Below, piece after piece: positions 50,670-64,000 of a DNA stretch of 64,000 bases. The stretch is taken from the NCBI GenBank assembly GCA_038496445.1, contig JALMLS010000307.1:48922-112921 (forward strand), in the 5' to 3' direction. The notes below the pieces were generated by a model. That model searched no databases. It had not been told where the DNA came from and was given only the letters and a program-made list of their open reading frames with translations. Both the position numbers and the translations under genes were made by a program. Origin of the DNA: Trichosphaerium sp. ATCC 40318 (Eukaryota > Protista > Tubulinea). Position 1 is the stretch's first letter; every line of letters starts with the position of its first letter.

Positions 50670-53420
50670 ATGTCGAACAACGGTAGATCGTGCAAAAAGA
50701 ACAAAGGGGCCAAACGACCCGCTCATTTAATTACACAAGCTTGCGACTTTTGCAAACGAAGGCATATGAAGTGCGATGGCTACTTCCCTTGCTTTCAATG
50801 TACAAAGCGAGGTACATTTTCGTTTTAATTACAACAAGAAACGACAGCAGCATTGGCAATTCTCGCAAACTTCAATACCGGCGTTGAAAAAATACAACAA
50901 CTCGTTCTTAACTCTTTGCCAAACGGCCCAAAACTGAGTTTCGTGTAGGAATGGAATGTACGTACAGTAAACGCAAAAAGCGAGGACCGAAACCAAAAAC
51001 AACGAAACAACTGGCCAAGGAGTCCTTTCAGAAGCCTATATTCGCGGTCAAGCGCGCAAGAAACGCGTACGTATTTGTTTGAGGTCGCAAAAACGAACTC
51101 ACGGTCTTCAACCACCGTTTTATTTTTTCGCTAAATTTTAAACGATGGGTTTCCTCAAAAAGCATATCACAGCGTTAGATGCATTGTGTAGTTTTTTTTT
51201 CTCGTTGAAAAAGACAAATTTCGCCAGGCGGCTAACGTTCGCCGTTAAGAAATTTCTCTTATTTTTTTTGCCTTTTCTTCAGTTTTTGCCGTTTTATGTA
51301 TTAATACCTAAAGCAACGGCACACAAGAACGTAGCCGCGGAATAGCGACAGCTGATGGGGCACTACACGCCAACGGCGACTCAAACTTTTTGCCAAAAAC
51401 TCGCAGCCGCAAAAACGAAAAGCACAACGCGCCCATACGTAGCGCCGTAGAACCTAAACCAAAATCAAAAGAACCACAAGGTCCTCAACTCAACGACTTC
51501 GTTATCAACGACAAATTTGTTTTGGCCTTCAAACGCCACGTACAGCCCATGTTTGCGTTCTATCACATCAAATTCAAGACTCACTTCGACTTGGAGTGTT
51601 TACGTGATCTGTCAGCGATAGACGACAAGGCCGGAGACAAGTAAGACATGCCCTTTCATTAGGTCCTTCTAACGTGGAGTTAGGTACGGCTTGGACATTC
51701 TTTGCGCTGCCTTTGAGTACACGGTGGTTTTAGCTCACGGTGCACGCTTATGTAAAGATAAGGAACGCGATAAAACATTCTACAAGATTGCAAAGGCCCT
51801 CATGCAGTTTTTACTCATCAAGCGGGAAGCACAAAAAAATAAGCATTTGGTAATTGTTTTTGTCATAAACTCAAACTGGAAATTTGTTGGAATATCGTAT
51901 TTTATATCTAACGGTTTTTTTTCAAACATAGATCGAACAGCTTTTCCACACTTTGCTCATGTGGGGCTGGTATCTTATTGGTAACGGACAGTTTGAGGAT
52001 GCAGACATTTGCTATGGCATTACGTATAACGCCTTGGTTAAACCTGAACGTAAGTGGATTAAATTCGCTTCAGCTTTTTTTTTTTTGGAAATTTTGTGAC
52101 AAGAGATATTGTCACTGTACAGTTGTGTACACACAAAAATGGAGATTTCTTTTTTTGTGCCTTTGTGACGTCATTGTCGTTAACTTGTGTCGTTAGATAA
52201 TCTAAACCCCTCCGCGATACAGTGCTTACATTGCATGATGGTCCAAACAGCGCACAACAATGGTACCGTAGAAACAGTTTACCCATTTTTGTTGTTGTTT
52301 ATGATTATAAATGCTTCTATTAATACTCTTTAGCGGACAGATGCAATTGGTTCCAACTTGCAGAACGAGAAATTAGTCAAGCGAGCAGTACGTTTTTCCG
52401 CTTTTTATTGCTTTTTTTGGTCCTTAATTCAAAGTTTTTCTGTCAATCCATTTATGTAATTTCTCCGCTTTTCCCAATTTAACTCCGAGCAATAGAGCAC
52501 GTTCCACCTGCAAATTACGTTGTGCTTGTCCTTCACTTTCTATTGAATACACTGGTGAGTGCGTATTTGCCAAAGCACAAGTCGGGATCGGTTGCCCAGA
52601 CAGAACCAGAGGCACACGTCGACACAACCATTTATTGGAAAATTATAAAGTATTTGGAAGTATGTGAAAAGCAATTAGAGCTATACGAGGCAACTGGTAA
52701 CAAGAACGTATTCGCAATTGCACAAAATTCTGTACCAATCTACAACGACGCGTCATTCGCGGAGCCAGACATCTTCAAAGGCATGAAAGTACTCATTCAA
52801 GGCTGTAAAGCAAAGGCATATGGACGCGTAGGCATGGGGCAACAAGCCAGTACGTCACTTTGTCTCCTACCACTTTCCCGCGCAGAAATCTTTAAAAGAT
52901 ACTTTTCAAGCTTTTATGTACTAACATGGTTTTTCGCATAGGCGATTTGGCAATACGCGCTATCAACGCAGTAAAGACACAACAGATAAGGGTTTGCTTG
53001 GGCGTATCGATAGCAATAGGATTCGCTACACAAGTGAGCTACGACCTTGGATTATACGAGTACTACACTGAGGGCAGCAATTTGTTATATGCCTTTGCCC
53101 TGTATTATCCTGTAGTCCTTCAAATACAAGAATCCCACTCACAACGGAACATGCCTCCTGCGATTGGCTTCGCGAAAAGCGATACAGATCGCAGAGAAGA
53201 GCGACAACCAGACACCTCTCCAGCCCGATCGCGGCCAGGAACCGACCATGCTATGGAGGATCCTCTCACGTTCTCCTTGGACTCTGAATACGCTAACGCA
53301 ATCGATGTATACGGCCACCCTGTCAATAAGCGCTCTTCAATGGAAGGACAACCTACAGAAATGGATGCGTCTTACAAGAATAGTGTACCAGACGCTTCCT
53401 ACTATCGTAATTTTATGTGA
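50670..53420 (+). CDS. Zn(II)2Cys6 binuclear cluster transcription factor
   Basis: ACDFCKRRHMKCDGYFPCFQCTKRG|MECTYSKRKKRGPKPK, followed by a multi-exon helical C-terminal region. Confidence 0.88.
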
Positions 53421-53735
53421 AAAAAAAAACTTTTGTTAAATAAACCTCAATGTGCCATATAACTACCGCTTTGTTTTATAACGCTGGGTTGGACCGCTGT
53501 GTTAACGTTTGCGTCAAATTTTTGAAATCGAAACACGCGGACAAACTACTGGTAAACCACGCACAACGCGGGATACACCCTTGTAATCGTGTTCCGGGTG
53601 TTTCCGTACCAAATACGTTAATTAACGCCACTATTATTAGTTACAAATTCTAGTGGTACAACGACAATTAGGTCAAGATTATTCGTCTATTGATTGCTTT
53701 TTGAAACGTTGCAAGTTTCTAATGTATACATCAAC

Positions 53736-55032
53736 ATGTCAAAGTTTGGCACTGACTTTCTAAAGCCACCGAATACGCATTATGGCATACGACAGAAAAG
53801 TACACGCGTCAAACTGACAGCTGTGGTGCTTGTACTTCTTGTTGTAGTTCTTTTAAATATCAGCTTTATCTACGGCGTCCCTAGTATGTTGACAGTAATT
53901 AACGCTTGATTAAAGGCGTTTTTAGGCGTTAATGTGTACTCCTCTCGCCAAACAGCTGTAAATAAGCAATGGTCGTGTAAGAGCGCATTAAAAGCAATAA
54001 GCTAACGATTAACAGCTTTACAGCATTTGGTAATTGTACCAGGTCACGCAGTATTCACTGGCAACGATCTAAGCGTGCGCTATCATCTGTTGCCTCGGTT
54101 GACACGTTAACAGGAATGGGAGTCGACTAGTGGTTGGTTGTTGCTGGATTATCAAAAGGATCAATTAGAAGCCTTCTTGCGCCACATTAAACGTGGGGTT
54201 GACATAGTGAAGGAGGATGACACATCGTTGTTGATATTCTCAGGAGGCAAGACACGCGCGAAGGCAGGTCCTAGAAGGTATGTCCCGCCATGTTCTGTGC
54301 CCTGTCCAATGCAACAAGCGCAACACGTCACATGTTGAAATACAAATAGTGAGGGACAATCCTATTGGTTGGTGGCATCTGCTGCTGGATGGCTTGATGA
54401 TCCATCAACACGAGACCGAACCCAAACTGAAGAGTTTGCCAGTGATTCTTTTGAGAATGTTCTCTTCAGCATGTGTCGCTTTAGGTATGTGTAGCACCCA
54501 ATCGCGCAGTCCACCATAACACAACGTTAACGATATCGAATAATGATGATGTAGAGAGCTGACAGGACACTATCCTAAGCGCATAACAGTAGTTGGATTC
54601 GAGTTTAAGCGCTATAGGTTCACAACGTTGCACAGAGCGACATTGCGCTTTCCAATTGGTACGTGCTAGCACGTGGTTCCATGTGCCGTGAGTGTGCCCG
54701 TTTAATTCACTCCTTTTTTTTTTGGTTTCAGATAGCTTCGAGTACATTGGCATAGACCCCAGGATCTTTGATGCGGACAAAGTAGCACCAGCAGAGATGG
54801 CTAACGCTAGATCTCATTTTGAAAAGTACCACAAATGCGAGAAAACTGAATTTTAACGCACTTGCTCCACAGGCAAAACTTTGGGTGTACAGGTACATTG
54901 CTGTCTAAGCGGCAATCGCGTAACCCGTTCAACACACATCACGGTTACAATGTGGGCTGCCCAGAGATTAGTGCACTATTGACGTACTGCAGCAATAAGC
55001 CGTGGTCAGGTGCGCTGCCATGGCGCCCATAA
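53736..55032 (+). CDS. DUF218-family protein with N-terminal TM anchor
   Basis: HLVIVPGHAVF; SLLIFSGGKTRAKAGPRSEGQSYW; EEFASDSFENVLFSMCRF; ITVVGFEFKRYRF..LH; KRQSRNPF. Confidence 0.82.
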
Positions 55033-55226
55033 AAACGCCATCCCAGTTGTACATACAAGTTTTGTACATAACATTTCCTTTATTTTGCAATGAACGACAT
55101 TTGGCTAAGCATTAACATCACGAGTCGTGTATCCGCCTCAGTACGGCGTAATAGGAGGCAGATGTCAAATAAAAAATAGTTTATCAAGTGGACAGCAGTT
55201 GTAGCCCGCTATGATGTGTTGTTCAG

Positions 55227-55649
55227 TTACATGTGTGCTGTCACTGTTTGAGGGTGTAGGTGGTAATTGTTATCTGTGACTTCAACTTCTCCTTCCTGGA
55301 GTACGTAGTCATCGTCTACTTCCACCAGTACTGTCTGTTCTGCAATATCTTGTATCATGCTGTATTGTTTGTACACTAAACCATTGACGTTAAGAAACAC
55401 TCCAAACCTGAGAATGGCGTACTAAACCCGTAACCGACGATGCCACCAACAACGCACATTGAAAATAATGCTATACCACTCACTTTTGAGTGTACGCCTG
55501 CGTGACAGAGTTAGTGGTGGCTCAGCTTGAATATTACCAGAGTTTGGTGCTAACCTGCCTACTTACAGTTATGAATTCACTATTATTTGCATCACGCGTA
55601 CCAATTTGTAGGGATCAAACATAGCGAGGTTGTGTTTACTGGATGTCAT
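55227..55649 (-). CDS. Small hypothetical membrane protein (multi-exon)
   Basis: MTSSKHNLAMFDPYKL|...VSGIALFSMCVVGGIVGYG|...EQTVLVEVDDDYVLQEGE..., joined by GT-AG introns. Confidence 0.5.
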
Positions 55650-55898
55650 CAAAGTCTCTTTAAAAAGGTTTCTACCCCATTCTCTGACGCAAAGATAAGC
55701 TATTTACGCGTATTGTAGTGTATTAGGCCACCTGGTTGTCATCTTCCTCGCCTTTGGCACCTTTTTACCTATGTGAGACATCAGGCTGCGTAATACTTGT
55801 AACCAACGAAATATTATGAATGTCAGCGGTAAGTCAACATAATTGGATTACAAAAGGTACGAAACAAGTGAGTGTTTCACATAATCACTTTTATTATT

Positions 55899-56874
55899 TT
55901 ACAATTTCAACCCAAGGGATTTAATGCGCTGTGGTTCTAGCGCCATGGAGCACAGATATCGGTATGTTGGTTTGAGACTGTCCGCCTTTGTTTTATAAAA
56001 GTAGGTAATGACGGCCATGGACATGCTGAACATCATCACATCCCAATATGGTACCACCAGAGCACGCCCACGATGGTGAAGGGCTTTGTATATTATTCTG
56101 AATAGGTGCGGGAGGCCAAACGCGAGATATTCTTGCCGCCTGCTCCGACTCTCGGCCAATACTGATGTCCCACATACCAGCCCAGAAAGGAACGTGTTCA
56201 AAGGTCGGTCGTCTCTAGGTGAATACCATGAGTTGTGAAGCAGATCAAATGAGTCAAGTGGACGTACTTGGAAATGTTCCTAAAAAAGCACATGGCAGCG
56301 ACGAACAGTGTGGCAAACAGCGCCATAAACATTGATGTTCGCATTGCTCCTTCTAAGGCTCTACTCAACCACGTTCGTATCACTTTCCTTTTGTGTTATT
56401 GTAAGTGATGACAAGCACGGTAAAACACTATTGGTTTTTTTTGATCAAATATTTCGGGTTTTGTTTTCTGTCCAATTTCAGATGAAATGCATTTTCAACG
56501 CTTGTATACGTACCATGTAAACGACCTACGCGCCAGTATTACCACCAGACCTGGTAGAAAGTGTACAGGTGCCGCCAATTGAAAAAGCTCCACATAGCGC
56601 ATTAAAAAAATCTTTAGTGTGCGTCTGACACACGATATCCTATGTGCTTCGCAACAGGGCACCCAAACGCCTTTGACGAACATTCTGTTAAATACTTCTT
56701 CCCTGGCTTCTTTATCCGCTGCCAAACAATCTGATTCGTCGTAAAACCATTTCTCAAGTTGCTTACGCAGCATGTTGTGGTGTGTTTCTGTGTTATTGCC
56801 GCATTTCCTTAAGGACTGAATTATTTAGACCACAAGTATTCTGTTTCGCTGTACCACGCGTATTGGTGCGTCAT
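55899..56874 (-). CDS. TMEM135-like (Tim17/PMP24 superfamily) membrane protein, C-terminal-half type
   Basis: PCCEAHRISC..; GAMRTSMFMALFATLFVAAMCFFRN; SGLVCGTSVLAESRSRRQEYLAF; MMFSMSMAVITYFY. Start MTHQYAW|KCGN (alternative ATG 56886). Confidence 0.7.
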
Positions 56875-56918
56875 CTTGAATATCATGGCATTGGCACATT
56901 AAATTGGGAACGGCTACA

Positions 56919-61139
<4,221 letters not shown>

Positions 61140-61286
61140 AGATTGGATCTGTTTGACCATGTGATGCCGTTTTGGAGGTTGGAGTGTGTTTTCTTTATTA
61201 TTTTTTTTTCTATTTGTACAAACAGTTCTGCTGCAAAAATCCAAGCCCAAAGGTGAAGAAAAAAACAAACAAACAAAAAAAAAGCC

Positions 61287-61847
61287 TTACGTTGATAAAT
61301 CCATGCCTTGGTTATCCACAGTGAAGAGCGATTGTGCTTGTTTATTTCGAAATTTGGCTTTTTTGATCTTTGCCAATTGCGCTTTTGCCTTTTGTAGCTC
61401 TGATAATGACGTTGGTGGCACATAGTTTTGTGACAGGCGAGAAAAATTGAAAGCTTGATGGGCTTTGTTCTTTTTACGTTTGTCGGTTTCCATCAAGTCT
61501 CCAACGGTTATTGTTTCGTTTTGAAAGGCTTCTTCCTGCTCTTTACGCTCTTTGGCCATTTCTTTCATTTGCTTGTTTTGGCGTCTGGTTATGTTTTTCC
61601 TTGCCCGTTTGGATGGTTTTCGCGTAGGGGCGGTGTATTCTTCCTCTTCCTTGTCTTCAGCCTCAGCTAATTCTCGTTTTCGTTTCTTTTTCGCAAGCGC
61701 TACTAAATCGATCTACACGAGCGTTGGTAACAATTTGTAAAGAAACAAACTGTAAAAAATTACCTGATTATCGCCCAAGTACTTTGAAATGTCCACTGTA
61801 CCAGCGCCACCAGCTCTAGCTTGTCTCCTACGTCTTGCCTTACCCAT
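61287..61847 (-). CDS. Small basic/coiled-coil hypothetical protein (2 exons)
   Basis: MGKARRRRQARAGGAGTVDISKYLGDNQ|IDLVALAKKKRKRE...KKAKFRNKQAQSLFTVDNQGMDLST*. Confidence 0.65.
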
Positions 61848-61960
61848 GATAACCGTTTCGTTTTGTAACTAAACCTGTAAAAATAAGTTACCGAGAAAAC
61901 ACACGACTTGATACTACGCGACTCGGGGACAGCTTACACCCAGCGTAACTTACCACGAAC

Positions 61961-63302
61961 ATGACAGAGGGCACTCCTAGCGATATAGAGCGATTCTGGC
62001 TCGTTAATCCTAATGAGTACGAATTTCTTTACCACGTTTTTGCGGCAATCAACGCAGTATTGACAATCCCGCTAGTTTGATCGTAAAAAAGGACATTGGA
62101 AAAGGTAATTTGTCAACATGCCGGTGCCCGTTCACTAACACGTGACAAGGCGCTTATGGAGTGGTGCAGCTAGCGGATTACCTCGGTCTAAATGTACACC
62201 AAAACTATAACGCTTTTTGTTACTAAATTTCGCCGCAGGTGGCAGTTAAGACCATTGCACCTTCGAACAGCTCCAACAACGCCGATTTAGTAAAGTACAC
62301 ACGAAGAGAAATCGCGATTATGAAGTATGTAAAATACTTTTTATCAAAAAAGTTATATTACCGTCTGCTTTAGGAGCGCTCGTCACCCTAACATCGTTTG
62401 TTTCATTGGTATCGTTACAGCAGGAAGGCAGACTGGTCTTGGTGCGCGTTCTATATCCGTGCATTGCAAAATTAATGTATTTGAACCTAGGGACACAGAT
62501 TGTACTCGAGTATCTGCCAGGAGGTAATAGTGTCTTGCATGTTACTTGTTTCAATCCATAACTTGGAGTAGGTGACCTACGGCAAGTGTTGAAAGGCCCA
62601 AAAGAGATATCATACCATCGTCGAATGATATGGGCACAGGACATTGCTTGTGCCATGGCATACCTACATTCTAGGTGTGTTTGTCTATTTTATCAATGTA
62701 ACATTTTTTACAGGGGCATTGTGTATCGTGACTTGAAGTGTAAAAATTTGTTGTTAGATGAAAACAATCGTGTCAAGCTTTGTGACTTTGGGTACAGCTT
62801 ATCCTACCTTAATTGCTCTGATAGTTTATAGCTTTGCCCGTGTTGTATCCACCAAGGAAAGACCAAATACAATGTGTGGCACTGATGACTTTATGGCTCC
62901 AGAAGTTATATTAGGTTTGGATTACAATGAAAGAGCAGACATTTTTAGTTATGGGTAAGGATTCTTCATATTTTGACATGGTTGTTAAAACAGTTACTGC
63001 TAGGCTTGTTATGCTGGAACTAATCACACGTGCCAAGATTGGGGTGTCATTAAAGAGAACTGTTCAAAATTCATTTGCTTTGGAAGAAAAGGAGGCGCAA
63101 AAGCTTGTTCCCCGCATGTGTCCCCCACATTTTTCCAAATTGGTACATAATTTAATAATGTTGGGTATTAATAGGCTTTAAGGCAATGTTATGTTGTAAA
63201 TATGATCCTAAGGACAGACCTCCCTTTAAAAAGATTATAATGGCCCTAAAGCAAATGAATAGAGTCTTGGAAAAACACAGAGCTAAAAAACCTACTAGAT
63301 AA
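61961..63302 (+). CDS. Tyrosine-kinase-like (LISK/TESK-like) protein kinase
   Basis: IGKGAYG; VAVK; RHPNIVCFIG; IACAMAYLHSR; VYRDLKCKNLL; LCDFGFAR; CGTDDFMAPE; DIFSYG; DPKDRPPF. Confidence 0.92.
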
Positions 63303-64000
63303 TAAATGTTCAATTGTTTTAAAGGATGGTGCCTTCTTTTTACCTGACAAACCTTTTAGTTAAGACCAAAACACTATTTTAGTAGCCAAGGCTGTGTTTA
63401 ATCCATTTTTTTCCATATTTGTTCAAAGGTATGCTAAAGTGTCTGACATTGTCAAACACAACACACCCAAAGCTTCTGAAAATACACTCAAAGTAAGGAA
63501 AAAGCAATTCATATAAGCTCCATTATGCATTGCATATGAAAATGTTGCAATTCATTTATACATGATCAGGAAATTTCCAACACTCACAAGGCAATGTTTT
63601 GGCATCAACAAAACAGTCTTGTAGCCTTGAATATTACCAATTCCCAATGTGAATCATTACCAGACAAAGACAAGTTTATACAAGTTGGCCACTACTGGAA
63701 ATCTGCTAATTGGATGGTTGATTTTAAAGAAACATGGGAGGATTGGGGTGCTGGTTTACCTCCACCTCCTGATCCACCCCCCTTTACCACCTACCAACTC
63801 CAAAAACACTTATATCAACAACCAGTTAAAATTACTAACCCCACCCATATGTAGGTAGTAGGCAAAGACACAACTATTACTTAGATGATGAAAGCTCAGA
63901 CGAGTGGGATGAAGATCTTTATTTTGAACTATGAAAATATAAAATGTAATAAACAGCACACATGGTTATTGTCGTCCACAGCACAATAAACCCATCTTTT

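Noticed and set aside
63594-63854. 86-aa ORF with a Trp-rich/poly-Pro segment
   Set aside because: Near the window edge, no recognisable family, cannot tell gene from relic.

Overview
Gene-dense, AT-rich eukaryotic nuclear DNA with many short spliceosomal introns (about 40-130 nt, GTAAG/GTACG/GTGCG...AG, CTAAC/TTAAC branch points). An amoebozoan-type protist is inferred from the actin N-terminus [14 protein letters not shown] and the gene complement. About 27 genes could be spliced by hand. Most are housekeeping: TRF4/PAPD5, actin, UBE2J1, ARPC2, AGXT2, GPKOW, RhoGEF, pyruvate kinase, VTA1, DENN, Zn2Cys6 TF, DUF218, TMEM135-like, FAN/NSMAF and a TKL kinase. The standout locus is a head-to-head pair of paralogues at 15842-20418. 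Each encodes a tandem array of ~75-aa Trp-rich repeats (GYW...DDWY...YP...W.PW.F) fused to a C-terminal Vsr/DUF559-type PD-(D/E)XK-like nuclease domain. The repeats sit on symmetric phase-2 exons that split at repeat and half-repeat boundaries, giving a natural modular 'repeat array + nuclease' architecture. Other accessory elements are a divergent pair of intronless F-box/LRR genes with decayed relatives, a secreted protein with a degenerate ADP-ribosyltransferase-like C-terminus, a pseudo small GTPase, a degenerate 2OG-Fe(II) oxygenase-Tudor fusion, an RG-rich tail on ARPC2, a candidate U12 intron and a strong excess of CACGTG. All exon structures are manual reconstructions; no database searches were run.
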